NCBI GenBank assembly: GCA_043228905.1
Contig: JBHGNT010000011.1
Location: 16,926,001-16,990,000, forward strand
Reading direction: 5' to 3'
Origin: Azolla caroliniana
Taxonomy: Eukaryota > Plantae > Polypodiophyta
Length of the DNA stretch: 64,000 bases
A program made the translations under genes and the position numbers. The notes under the pieces are model-generated. The model saw only the letters and a list, made by a program, of their open reading frames with translations. It made no database searches and was not told the DNA's origin. Below are positions 32,326 through 45,428 of the stretch, piece after piece. The number at the start of each line of letters is the position of its first letter. Positions within the stretch are counted from its first letter, which is position 1.

Positions 32326-32689
32326 CAATACATTCTTTGCATGTAAGGCGAAAACATTTCCGGTCCGAGCCTTTGTGACCACATTGAGACTAAAAGACTT
32401 ATTAAGAAACTTGGACAAAACCTAAAAGCTATTTTATTTAAAGGCATGGAATTAGGTAAGTGCTCTTTACAAAGGCCCTTGACGAAAATCTTTAGTATAC
32501 CCTCCCGATTCTGTTCGTTGAGATGCAATCGTCTCCTATATATCGATAATCGAACCTTGACGATATAATTGGTCTAACAAAGGATTACATGTAATGATAA
32601 TAATAAAATCTCAGAGATGTTACACTAATGTAGTAAAGTAACTCCATCATGAAACTTTTTGTTCTTAAATTCCAAGTGCCATTCCTTGA

Positions 32690-33092
32690 AGCCTAACCTC
32701 CACTAAACCCTAGTAAAACCCAGCCCCCTAACCTCAACTAAATCTCAGTAAAGCCAGAAACCACCACTAAATCCTAACGAAACAGATGACCTGGCCCCTA
32801 ACCCTCCTTCTAAATCCTGAAATTGAAAGAACAATGACAGGCCAATGTACATAAGTGAGGTAAAATCAGACTAAAACCGTAACCCAAAAACATTAAATCC
32901 AAATCTCTAACCTAAAAAATCCAATTACATCCTAAACCCGATGACCCTAACCCTAACCCTAAATCTAGAACCCAAAATCCTGAAATCATAAGTCCTAACC
33001 TAATATCCTACCAAGCTATAAACAAACCCTAATCCTACCAAACTTTAATATCCAATCTAAAATCCTACTACACCCTCATCCCTAAGCCTAAG
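32690..33092. repeat. Degenerate interstitial telomere-like tract upstream of the PPR gene
   Basis: Many CCCTAA/CCTAAA variants, including ccctaaccctaaccctaaa (~32945) and telo-box AAACCCTA (~33024). Confidence 0.6.
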
Positions 33093-33276
33093 GCGTATGC
33101 TTTTAATTAAATAATGAGACCCAGGAAAGCAAAAATGAGTGAGGATCAATAAGCCATATTGCAGGTAAATGAAACAACCTTTAGTTTCATCACAAAATCG
33201 CAACTAGGAACGGATATCTGGCCGAAGAACTCTCCTAGATTGCAACAGTCAAGAAGGGTTTTTAAATGGATCATAA

Positions 33277-35508
33277 ATGTCTCTCACAGCCAAGTTCAAC
33301 AATGGGAGGATCTTTGAAGGTTCTCTCGATGACTCCAGATCTCTCTGTTCCCTTCTCCAATGGTGTTCTCACACATCAAACCTATCATCAGGAATGGAAA
33401 TTCACCACTTGATTCTCCACAATGGGTTCATATCTGATGTATTTCTACCTAATTACCTCATTAGGTTATATACCAAATTTGGCTGTCTATATGAAGCGCA
33501 TCATGTATTTAGTAAGATCTTGTATCCTAATGTATTCTCGTGGAGCGCTATTATCTCGGGCTATGCTAAACATGGCCATCATCAGAAGGCCATAAATCTT
33601 TATCATAGAATGAGAAAATCGAATGTTGAACCTGATGGGCATGCTTATGTGGCTGCCCTCACCGCTTGTACTAATGGGTTGCTCTTAGAACATGGCAAAA
33701 TGATCCATTCTCATATTTTCTCTTCTACTTACAAGGTAGATTTGTATGTAAATAATACTGTTGTTGATATGTATGTGAAATGTGGGAGCATTGATGGTGC
33801 TCGTGATGCATTTATTGCGTTGCCAATGCGTGATTTGGTCACTTGGAACAGTTTGCTTGCTGGATTTGTTCAACATAAGATGTGGCAAGAAGCAATTTCA
33901 CACTTTGAGGAGATGCAATCTCAAGGTATCATGCCAAACCACATGAGTCTTTCTTGTGTTTTGAAAGCATATTCACACATAGGAGATGTATTTGGAGGAA
34001 TGATATGGCATGCTTATGCGATTGAACATGGGTTCCAAATTGACAATTATGTCGGGAATTCTCTTGTAGATATGTATGCCAAGTTTGAAAGCATACCTGA
34101 TGCAGAAAGAGTGTTTGCCATGTTGCCAATGCGTGATATAATCACATGGAGTGCATTAATTGCAGGATATATTCATTGTGGACATTTAGAGGAGGCAATG
34201 CAACGATATGAAATGATGCAAGGAAATGGTGTAGAGCCAAACCATATCACATTTGTGAGCATCTTAAAAGCATGCACGAGAAGCATTGAAGCTTTGGACC
34301 TCGGAAGGCTTATCCATGGTGACATAATGCTCAAGGAGCATATGAGTGCTACAGTTATCGATAATGCACTTATTGAAATGTACATAAAATGTGGAAGCTT
34401 TGATGATGCATTAAGAATTTTTGAAGGTTCATTCAAGGAGGATGTGGCCATGTGGAATATGGCTATCAAAGGCTGTGTGCTTAATGGACAGAGGCATATG
34501 GCCTTTGATATGTTCAACCAACTGTTACAAGAGGGCGTGAATCCGTGTAACTTAACTTTTGTGAATATCATTACTGCATGCACAGCTGATCTAGATCTTT
34601 ATCTTGTCTGGGGTAGAATTATTCATCTCCACATCATTGAGTGTGGTTTTCATCATACATCATGTGTGAGTAATAGCCTTATCAATATGTATATAAAATG
34701 TAAGAGAATCGAAGAGGCACGTAAGTTATTTGATGAAATGACAAAGCATGATTTGGTGACTTGGAACACAATGATAGGAGGTTACAATGAGTGTGGATCC
34801 GCTGATGAGGCTCTTGGACTTTTCTATCTAATGCAATACCGTGGAGTGCCTGCTAACCCAGTGACACTTGTATGCATATTAAAAGCATGCTCTGGCATCG
34901 TTGCGTTGGCAAATGGGCGAATGGTCCATGCTTACATTTCAGAGAGAAATCTCAACTTGGATTCGTATGTGGGCAGTGCCTTGATTAACTTCTATGCAAA
35001 GTGTGGGAGCTTAGAGGATGCTCAAAGAGTATTTGTTGCATTGAGTGACAGAAGTGTAGTTCTATGGAGTGCCATGATTGCAGCATTTGCACAAAGGAAT
35101 AAGCATAAAGAAGCTGTGGGATGCTTTGACGAAATGAAGAAAGGTGGGGTAGAACCTGATGACATAGCGTACATCTCTCTACTATCTTCGTTCAGTCATT
35201 CAGGGATGCTATATGAGGGTGAAAATCAGTTCAAACAGATGGTAGATGAACACTTAGTTGAACCGAGTCTGAAACATTACAATTGTATGGTTGATCTCCT
35301 TGGTCGTGGAGGATATCTTGATCAAGCCGAGAAGATGCTTCGAAGCATGCCACATCCGCCAGATATGGCAAGCTGGACATCAATGTTTAGCCATTGTAGA
35401 ACACATAGCAACATGGCATTAGCAGGATCTTGCTTTGCGAAGTCTTCAAATTTTGTACAACATTTAAAGAATTCTTCTATTCATCTAACTTTTCAAGGTA
35501 AAATATAG
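33277..35508 (+). CDS. PLS-class pentatricopeptide repeat protein, partial E domain, no DYW
   Basis: 743-aa intronless ORF with P-L-S triplets (WSAIISGYAKHG, NSLVDMYAK) and HYNCMVDLLGRGG...MPHPPDMASWTSMFSHCRTH. Confidence 0.96.
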   Translation: MSLTAKFNNGRIFEGSLDDSRSLCSLLQWCSHTSNLSSGMEIHHLILHNGFISDVFLPNYLIRLYTKFGCLYEAHHVFSKILYPNVFSWSAIISGYAKHGHHQKAINLYHRMRKSNVEPDGHAYVAALTACTNGLLLEHGKMIHSHIFSSTYKVDLYVNNTVVDMYVKCGSIDGARDAFIALPMRDLVTWNSLLAGFVQHKMWQEAISHFEEMQSQGIMPNHMSLSCVLKAYSHIGDVFGGMIWHAYAIEHGFQIDNYVGNSLVDMYAKFESIPDAERVFAMLPMRDIITWSALIAGYIHCGHLEEAMQRYEMMQGNGVEPNHITFVSILKACTRSIEALDLGRLIHGDIMLKEHMSATVIDNALIEMYIKCGSFDDALRIFEGSFKEDVAMWNMAIKGCVLNGQRHMAFDMFNQLLQEGVNPCNLTFVNIITACTADLDLYLVWGRIIHLHIIECGFHHTSCVSNSLINMYIKCKRIEEARKLFDEMTKHDLVTWNTMIGGYNECGSADEALGLFYLMQYRGVPANPVTLVCILKACSGIVALANGRMVHAYISERNLNLDSYVGSALINFYAKCGSLEDAQRVFVALSDRSVVLWSAMIAAFAQRNKHKEAVGCFDEMKKGGVEPDDIAYISLLSSFSHSGMLYEGENQFKQMVDEHLVEPSLKHYNCMVDLLGRGGYLDQAEKMLRSMPHPPDMASWTSMFSHCRTHSNMALAGSCFAKSSNFVQHLKNSSIHLTFQGKI

Positions 35509-37057
35509 GTCCCAATAGTAGAGGATCCACATATCTCGTGCCTATTGATTGTGGGTTTGAGATTGGCCTCATATGCTATTTGGATTTGAGATTGTCCTTG
35601 TACATTGCCATTTTTTCTGGGGTTTTTTCACCTCATATTGAGGTTGTCCACTATTAAAGATCAGTTATTAAAAAGTAAACAATGAGAGAGAGAGAGTCTT
35701 CTTCATCAGCTGGAGAGATTTTAATACTATCACTCACAACAATGACCAATCAATGGAACCATCATAGTATGTTTAGACGGATTGCACTGTTGTAGGAGAG
35801 GGATTTAAGCATGGACAGTGCTTCTGAATCGTTCACCAACCCAGTAGTTCGTATTATGATGGTCAAAATAGGATGTGTTATGGAAGCAAAATAAGTAATG
35901 AAACTTTGTGATTGTGTAGCTAGTGTTTACAATCTGTGAATGATAGATGGGTTCTTGTTTCATAGCCTCTATAGAGTGCGCAAGCTTAAAGAAAATTTAT
36001 TTTGCCATTTTAGCAACTAACATTTGGAGCCACCTTATCCTTGGAGATCGTGGAAAGTTTGTAAGTTTTAGGATAGTTTCAAACTCTTTCCGAGTAGATC
36101 TGATGATTCCACAGCCCCATATTTGGCATGCTCATGGAGATTGTTTCCTGCAATGTTTTGCATAATTGTGGCGTGTATGAAGGACCAACACAATTTGGAA
36201 GTTGTTAATCTCGTGCACAAAATTAATAAACTTTGTAGCTTGTGGGTTCACTTCACGCATTAAGTTAACTCCATCAACCTCCATAAGGGATTTCTTATAG
36301 ACATAGCTTATCAAGCTATCAAGAGAGTTTGTTTTCATTTCATCAGCAAATTGATACAACTCAGCTTATGCCAACATTTTCACATGGCTTATGTCACAAT
36401 TTGTCTCTTAACAACAATACACCTTTTAGAGAAAGACAGTTTTATTATCGTTCTCAAAGGTCAAATATGACCTATGATCAAAAGTTAAACATTTTCATGT
36501 AGTATATGTGGAGTTGAGCAGTAGTGATTCTCAATGTTAAAGAATTTTATTAATGAAGCTTGCAATTGAGAGTGCACATTTGTTGTGAGAGGAATTTGCC
36601 TTGGAAGTGGACTGGATTGACTATGTATGGAAAGAGAACTTGACTGTGGTCAAAGAAGTGTTATACTTAACTCATGATCTTGTCCAAGACAAAATATGCT
36701 ATGGTCAGTGAGTCTTCTTACATGTGCCCAAACAACCCGCTTCACATTATAGAGAATATAATCTAATTGGTATGAATGCAATGATGTGAAAGCAAACAAA
36801 ATGATGGGATCTATTTATTATGTATTGATGAGTGTGGTTTCCCGATTCAGAGCAGATGATTTTCAGTTTGCTGCAACATTTGTAATGTAATGTCTGAAAT
36901 GTGAACCTTCACATCTTTCCCAAGTCATGATACATTGAAGTTGCTAAGTACTCCATTAATGGATAAATCTATTGACATGTCATAAAGTATAATGCATCCT
37001 AGCTTCCAAACCATTTCTTCATACCTTACATCCATCCAGGCCTCAACATTTTTCTTG

Positions 37058-37134
37058 TAGGCATACACTTAATAAACATTCTCGCATTACATTGACTCAA
37101 TGTAATGCAAGATTGTTTATTAAGTGTATGCCTA
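37058..37134. repeat. 77-bp near-perfect palindrome
   Basis: taggcatacacttaataaacattctcgcattacattga-c-tcaatgtaatgcaagattgtttattaagtgtatgccta. Confidence 0.9.
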
Positions 37135-38156
37135 ATAAACATTCTCACTATGTTTATTAAGAATGTCATTGAGTTCAACATTCAGAGTTGATGCTTGCAA
37201 TGTTATATTCCAATGTGCACTTTTGAGCATCTTAACATTTCATCCTTGGACTTTCTGATAGTCTTGAAGAAACCTTGAACCTTAACCTCTTGCTCCAATG
37301 ACTCTAGCTCTCAACTAGATCACTTATACAAGCCAATATAACAAAAACTTCTTAACACCCAATAGGTCACCTTAATATGATAATACCACCAGCAGGCAAG
37401 AACATTGGTGGATGTCTTATCCTTGGGAAAGAAAATACATGTTATGTAGGAGAATGCACCGAAGTGCAACTGGAATCCATCATTCTCAATGTACACATAA
37501 AAGAAATGCTTTTAGAGCATCAACACATCTACCTAACCATCTCGGCTATTCTATATACCGTGAGACTTCAATGTCAAAATATTGTTTAATATGGTGTAAT
37601 ATAGGATTGAAGGATGATGCCCATTTCGATAAACAATGAATGTAAGAGGTATTTGCTTGAATAAAATATGGACAAGAAATTTATATTCTGCACCTTTCCT
37701 TTCCAATCCTAGCAATCATTGTAGTTTACCGTCCACTCCGATGAGATTTTAATAATCTGAAAGCTAGAATTACAATATATGTATTTTCCCACAAGAATAA
37801 AGCTGGCAAAGCTAGAATGATGTGGTTAAACTCGGAGTCTCTATGCAAACAATGATGTTTCTTTGTTCTGCACAAAGTCCACGAAATGACTTAACTTGAA
37901 CCATCAAAAGCATGGCCCTCTTGATCATGCACATAGAAAGCCAACATATGCTTTACCATGAAACTCTATAAAGGGTACTTTTGAACCATCAATCTTGTCT
38001 TCTTCTGCAACCAACCCGAATAAGTACATCCAAACATACCGGAAACCAAGATATGTTTTAGCATGAAATTGAAGCATCAAAAAGCTTGTTCTCTTGACCG
38101 AGGACACCGAATACATCCATAACACACTTGAGAGAAATTTATGCCCCGATTATTTT

Positions 38157-41100
38157 TCATTCAATTTTCTCTGTTTCCACAAGAGGGAGCTCCACGGTAA
38201 CAAGGAAATAGCATAGATCAGCGTCACGGATATACTTGACATCTCCATTCATCAACTTGGCAAGTTTCCTTGAAACACTTAGCCCCATTCCCTCTTGTGT
38301 TATCTCTTGGGACCCATCATACATCTGTTGGACAAGATCGTCTGGTATACCAAATCCTGGATGTGCTACCCTGCTCGCACAATACAAAATAAAAGGTTAG
38401 GCAAGTAGTTCGCAAAAGTATATACAACGGAAATAGTCACATACAATAAATTACATAATAGGGCCTTTACCAATTCCTCTCATACAATTTGATGAGCATC
38501 AATGGTCTACAAACTCTGGACCAAAAGTACAATTTCATACACAATGATATATCATTTTTTTGGTGCAATACTAATTATATTCATGATTTGTCAGTAAATG
38601 AGTCAAACTTAAGATCTAATGCATGTGAAGACATTGGACTCTGGAAGTTTCTAGATTGTTTTAGCAATGGTATCAAGACTAGACTCCTGAATATTAGAAA
38701 TTCCTAGCCTACTATAAATTGAGAGTTGGGGCTACAAGCCCTCAGATTTGTGATAGCCTTCCTTGTTGTGGCTAGTATAAATTGAGAATTTGGGCTACAA
38801 GCCCTCAGTCTTGCATTAGATTTCCTTGTTGTGACTAGTATAAATAGAGATCTTGGGCCAGTCTCACTCGTGCATTGACATTGAGGTACCTAAGGTCTCT
38901 CCAGTTCTAATTCTTGTTTTGCTATCAAGTCATGTCATGTAAAAATCGTATCATTAATCGCATCTCCTATTCAATTGTTGTTATGCATGTTTCATTGGCA
39001 AGCAAATGAGTTGCGCATTCACGAATAATATAGCCTCAATTAGTTTAATACTCCAAGTGTTCTCCTCCAAGAATGTTCAGCCAACAATAAAACTTCATAT
39101 GAGGTGCAGCAAGTATTCAGAAACTAACATATAAAAAGACTATATCTACCTGAACTCGAAATGAACCATGGGCGATTCGTCATCAATATTCGGCATGGTT
39201 TGTAAAACTCTGATTCCTACCCACCCATCCGATGATGATGTAAATCGTACCACAGTGGTCAGGAAGTCTGCCAAAACTTGTTGTAATCGGTACTGGTCTC
39301 CCAAAAGATGAGTGTGCTTGATCTTATCGGGCGTTTCACGAATAATTTGTAAGCCCTTTTCTCTCGACCTTATCATTCCTTGACTAATCACGGCATCCAT
39401 TACTGCACCCATGGTAAACTCTTGGGCCTCTAACTCCGCATTCCTACATCAAAATCGAAGCATATCATTTTTAGGATTCTTATGAATGAATTGATAACAA
39501 ATAGTTGACGTGAAAATTTTCTTCAGTGAATGCATATAAACAATCCTTCAAATTCTATACATTGAAATTACAAACATCGTGGAAAAGCAGATGATGGTAT
39601 ATCCTTGATCAAGTTTAATGAAATTGTCTGTGCATTCTTGTCACAAATCCTCCATAAACATCATTGAGGTCAATATGTATGCATATACATTAAAACCAAA
39701 AGTAACACTCATAATAAATTATAATAGAAAAAAATAGTGTAGATATATACCCTTGATCGAGCTTATCAAAATTATCATCATCCAAAATATTTTGCAACTG
39801 CCGCTCACATGAAGCACTTGTCTCCAATATTTGTTTCAGCTCTTCTGAAGGGTTCATACCTTCGATTAGTTTCCGAGTGAAAGTAATCCCATATAGAGGA
39901 TTTCTAATTTCTTGTTTCATGTAAGCAACTTCTTTCAATCTATCCAATGCAACTTTTGCTGAATGCTTTTGCACTTGCAAAGCTTGTTGCAATTCTGGAC
40001 TGGCAATATGAAGGAAGCAAAAAACACCAGTAACAGCCTCATCACTACCAGTTCTTTTATTTGCAATGAGAAGTGCTTCGACGCATTTTCCATTACGATT
40101 GAGAAAACCAAAGGGAAACCGATCTGAATCTTGACCACCCATTGCAGTATTAAGGACTATCATAAACTTGGTCATTGAATCTTGGCCTCTAAGTTTACAG
40201 CAAGCAGGACCTGATCCGAACACTTCACCAATAAGCATCCTACCAATAACATGCTCACGTTTCCAACCTGTTAGTTTCTCCATAGCTGGATTCCATTCAG
40301 AACAATATCCAAGTTCATCAGCACCAAAGATGGGAGGTATTATAGGATTTGGGCTTTGTACTATAGTCTTATAGTCGCCTTGAATGCGTGTGTACTTATC
40401 CATCACCACCTTCTGGTTTGTTACATCTTGGCCAACAAAACATACTCCTACCACATTATCTGTATAGTCCCTGCTCGAGCATGCATTTACGACCAAAATT
40501 ACAGGTCCTTTTTGAGCTTGTTCACCATATGTTTTGAGCTTAATTTCAATGTTCTTCTCTTCCTCGCCTGAAAAGAGAGAGAAGGTATGAACAACCACCA
40601 CAATGTAACAGAAATGAAACATATAGTTTATTATTATTAGATAGTTTAATTCCAGAGCCATTGGTGTGTGGTACAACCATGTCCTGATTGTGTTGAGTAA
40701 AATTTCTATTAGAAGGCAAGCTTGAAACAATACTGTATTATTAGATAGTTTAATTCACCTCGTAGAGCAAGATTCACCAAACTATCCACAGTTTCAACTG
40801 ATTCATCAACCACCAAATCTCTCACTAGAGACTTATTCATCGCTTCTTCCACTGAAAGACCAGTCAATTCAGCTACCTTAGCATTCCACCCATTAACTGA
40901 TCCAGTCGCATCAATAGCGAATATTGGCGCTGTCGCAGTCTCTATAAGCCTAACCATTTCATTTGCTACCGTGCTCAATTCATCCATTCCTTGAAGCTTA
41001 AGATCATTCAACCGTGCATGAATGGTCTTCTTTGTATCACTATCATCAATGTCCTGAAAAGATCCTCTAAGAATAAGCTGCAATGAATGGATGGCGTCCA

Positions 41101-42823
41101 TCTCCATATCCTCCCATGGCAAGCTCTTCCTTTTGACAACCTCCAGAAAAGCCTTGAAAGAGGTTCTAGGGTGCATTTTCCTTCCATCATCTCTCTCATG
41201 AGGATCATGCCTTGCTCCACCCCATTTGATCTCCTTTGCAGTGTGAGATCTAAACCAGAACAAGAAATCCCGAGAAGTGATTTTGGCTGCCGCCATTCCA
41301 CAGACAGCGTCACCAATAGCCGCTGCACCAGGATACCCTGCGTCTGCAAGGCTATCTGTACTGAGTCCAGTAGAGTCTTTGTGTACATCAAGCAACCATT
41401 CAGCAAGATCCTTGATTTGAGACTCCGTAGGTGTCACTCCCAGAAGCCATAGCTTATTTCCATAGTATAGAGCTGCACCATCACATTTCACGAGATCCAT
41501 AATGCTCGGGGATTCTGAGACTATCCCAATGGGGGCATCTCGGAGCAACATATCACATAAGAGTGTTTGAGTTCTCAATATGTGTTTTTCTCTCATTTGG
41601 GCAGCAAGCTCAAGCTCCATGTTTAGTTGGAGACCGAATACTTGCATTAAGAATTCGCAAGCCGAACGAAGAGCAAAGGGAACTACTCTCGGAGTAGTAT
41701 GGTGGCATACAACCAAACCCCAAAGCCTTCTCATCTTTGGGCTTGGGTTCGGCCTCTGAGTCCGACTACCACTTTCTTCATCATTATCATTCACCACAAC
41801 TGCCATAACTAATGACGCAATTGTTCCCATATTAGCCATATACTGACCATGACAACTATGTGGAGCTCGCAAAGTAGAGCCTGCTAAACTTAGTGGCTGT
41901 CTTAACTCTTTATCTTGAATGATACGGACAGGTTGAGCTCGACAATCATATATCAGTCTAACCCTATTTTTCATGAAAAGAAAGCGAGAAGCTTGAGGTA
42001 TATCGGTTGCAGGGTAATGCAAACCGAGATAAGGTTCTAAATCGGATCTTCTAATCTCAGCTAGAACTTCACCATGTTCATCTTCATGAAACTTATAGGC
42101 CATAACTCGATCATAACCAGTAAGAGCTCTTACCTCTTCAACCACGGAATCACAAAGAAGGTCAATATCTCCCGCAGGAAGAGCTTGTAATCGTGATATA
42201 GCTTTGGCAGCAAGGCGATGGGATTGCAAAGCTCCAGCAACTGTAGATATTGCCAAATCTGATGGTTGAAGTGGCTCCAAATCTAGAACTAACCCTACAT
42301 CAATCCGATGAAGAATTGCATTAAAAGCTCGATTTGAGCTGGAGCTATGGACTATGATAGGGTTAAGCATAGACACATCTAGAGAAGAGAATGCCTTCTC
42401 TAATGCATTAACACTAGAAGGGGTGAAATGGGCTCTTAAGTCAGACCCAATCCCGAGAGGTGGAGTCTTGGCGGTGCTTCTGGATGTCACAAGTTCGAGC
42501 ATTTCAGGGGCGTTCTCGCTATAAGCAATGATTCTGAAAGTTTCTTCTTCCACGGCTATGGTGGATCCAAAGGGTTGTATGAGTCCACCTCGTTGCATTC
42601 TCTGAAGGTACGCAGTGATGTCTTGTGAAGGGAGCCTCTCTTTGTCAGAGATCAGATCTTGGATGTTCTCGGTGTAGCGGAGGTAATCGAAGTCGGAGTT
42701 GCGGGTGGTTTGTTCGAAGACAGAGTGGAGCTTGGCATCGGCAGTGGTCTGGGCGGCGATGGCACGCCGGCTCTGGGTGGCTCTCAGGGGGAGGGCAGAG
42801 GAGGAGGAGGAGGAGGCTGCCAT
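38157..42823 (-). CDS. PHY: Canonical phytochrome (1129 aa, 4 exons), probably fern PHY2/4 lineage
   Basis: Exons 42823-40759, 40567-39751, 39443-39150, 38370-38157, all GT-AG, at the conserved phytochrome intron positions. PAS-GAF-PHY-PAS-PAS-HKRD architecture with DIP, chromophore Cys in PHSCHGQY and PRTSF. The subclade call rests on recalled N-terminal similarity only. Confidence 0.97.
38709..38860. repeat. ~63 bp tandem repeats in phytochrome intron 3, possibly within an old LTR
   Basis: cta(c/g)tataaattgaga..gggctacaagccctcag repeated about 2.4 times. Confidence 0.7.
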
Positions 42824-44477
42824 GGATTCTTCCAAGGTTCGTCCAGGGAAAGAAACAGGGGAGAAACAGGGGAGAAACAGAGCTAAAATCTGAGCAGAAC
42901 CCACACACACATATACATATATGTTACATATTCTTCACTCTTTCTCTCTCTCTTTGGTTTCAAGTCAAAAAAAAACATCAGGAACAAATAAATGGATAAC
43001 AATGTTTTTAGACTTTAGTAAAGGATTAATTAACAGAAGAAGAAGAAGAAGAACATATTCAAGTGTTTCTTCTTCCTATTGTTCATTTCCTATGGTTTGT
43101 TTCTTTTTTTTTTTAAAGCTCAATTTTTCCCATCGTGTGTAGTTTCCCTTCTTTTTTCTTTCCGATGATCGCTTCCCCATGTCATTCTCGTCCGTTTCTC
43201 CATTCGCCGCTGCCGATCCACCTTTGATTGTCCGAATTCTGGAACTGTAACATCCGGATGTTGTATTATTTATAACAAACGCCTTCTCGAAGACAACGAT
43301 TAAGAAGGAGATGAAGGCGGAGACATAGGTGGGACTCGGAGGTGTAGGTAGGTGGAGACAAAGAAGGAGATGGAGAAACAAAGCTCCGATGCGAGGGAAC
43401 CACTTCTTTGTTGGATCATTTTGTAATCCGATGAGTTGCATACTGCATATTTAATGTTTGAAAGAATCTCGTGTATAACATGTGTTCTTAGCATTATGCA
43501 TTGTGGTTATCCGCATTAAGATGCCTTTCGTTCAATCTTGTTCCTAATGTTAAAGAGTTCCGTTTTTCAAAGGAGGCTTAGGGGGGAGATGAAAAAGATG
43601 TGAAGTAGGATGCTACAATTGGTCTACCACAGTAAATGTATTCACTCAGCTACTTTATGTATAACTCGTCCACATTTATTCCCATTAATTGTACTCTTTT
43701 TGTTGGATTACTTGTAATGAAAGGAACCAAAACAAATCACATACAAAACCAACACCCAAGTGCGTTTCTCACTATTTACATAATGCTTTCCTTGCGCGTG
43801 TTTGAATAATATCAAATCAAGTTGGGTCTCTCCTTTGGACACATTGTAATTGATTGTAAGGATCACCCGAGTGTTTGGGCTTTAGATGTGAACCCGCCGA
43901 ATTTAGTTTTAACTTGTTTATCGCTCTACCATTCAATGTTGCTTTTTTGTACAAATGAGCTCAAAAATCACAAAGGATCAAATTCAAGCGCATGTATTCC
44001 TTAATGTCATGTTCACGTCACGATTCATAAGTATTAAGAAGTAAATGATATTTTCCTATTATGAATTCCATGTTGTAGATTATGATGTATCATCTTTGGG
44101 TGAGTCAGAGCACACTTACTTAATGGGAGTGGGTGGTAGGAGGCTCTCATGCTTGGAGCACCACATTGGACGTAGCTTAGTATATGATATTCACTTGCAA
44201 AGCTAACATTAGGCCATGAGGAACATTAGGTTATTTCCCATATATGGGAATTTTTCCAAAACTCCTTGGGTGCTTCATATAACTTTGTATCACATGTGAA
44301 TCCATATCAAACTATTGTTTAGATTGTTCTCCATATTATGTGCTCAAATCTTCCTTTTACTCATTTGTGTTCAAAAGTTTGCATACATCATACTTGTTTT
44401 TCTTCATCACTTTCATGTTGTTGCTACTATAGTAGTTTATTCTTCATCCATTGCTTTATTTAACAATCAGCGACAAT

Positions 44478-44635
44478 TTGGTTTGGTTTGGTTCGATTCG
44501 AGTGTCAAACCCGAACAGTTAATTTTTTTTGAAACTTGAACTAGAAAAGCCTCAACTTGAACTGAACCAAACCAAACCAAACCGTTTTAACCGTTAAGTT
44601 GCAGTATCACGGTTCGGTTCTAACCGAACCGTTTT
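44478..44635. repeat. AACCG/AAACC subterminal-type repeat cluster (DNA transposon remnant)
   Basis: ggtttggtttggttcg, aaccaaaccaaaccaaaccg and cggttcggttctaaccgaaccg. Confidence 0.5.
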
Positions 44636-44887
44636 CGAATATTAGCTTTATTTATTCCTTTGGATTGAGAGGACATATAATTTGACCTTGATGTTTTGAA
44701 CTCCGCGCCCTTGTACTCGTGTGAATGAAACTTATATGAACAACCTTTCCTTAAATAGAATAAACACTTATTTGTTGTCACACCATCGAAGTAATGTTCA
44801 AGAATAGTGACATGGAATACAAAAGCGCAAAGTTTATTTTCATCGTATGGTATTGGGTTCTAATAGAGACCTTTTGGCAAAATTAGC

Positions 44888-44926
<39 letters not shown>

Positions 44927-45428
44927 GTGGTAAAAACACACATTAAATTAATTGTAAGCAAAACCCACTTGTTACGACTTAGTCTTCTCTACCTACCTAA
45001 GTAATGAGAGGGACATCCTATAAAGCCATTAGAAAGCCTTAATATGCACTTGAGGAAATGATCCCCACGTGCTCTAACATCCAAAAATCCCACAAAAGAA
45101 CAATTTTCAACTTCTTCACATAGGCTTTCACCCCATGTCTATTATGAAACATGAAAGCATGATGTATATTCAAATTGTTTTCTAGTCCACGATATCATAA
45201 AAATCGGAACAATATCTCTAGGCCTTTTATTTGGACCATTTTAAACATACTAAACAAAAACCTATTGTCAAGGCCTCAAATAATGAGTTAAACCTTGTCA
45301 AATCTCTTATAAGTACTTCAAAGTGATATGCGCTATATGATTTAATGAACATATGTGTACTATCCTCCAATGGATTGGGGTCAAAGAAGCATGTACATGA
45401 TCCTAGTCCTTGACTCTTTAAGGCTTAT

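Noticed and set aside
37180-37640. Possible minus-strand pseudogene (FYVYIENDGFQLHFGAF...)
   Set aside because: Multiple stops and no family recognised.
38157-42910. Neochrome or other chimeric photoreceptor
   Set aside because: All four exons give a canonical phytochrome with PAS and HKRD domains. The neighbouring kinase is a separate CDPK on the other strand.
41008-42999. Overlapping and antisense ORFs in phytochrome exon 1
   Set aside because: Shadow ORFs of a long coding exon.
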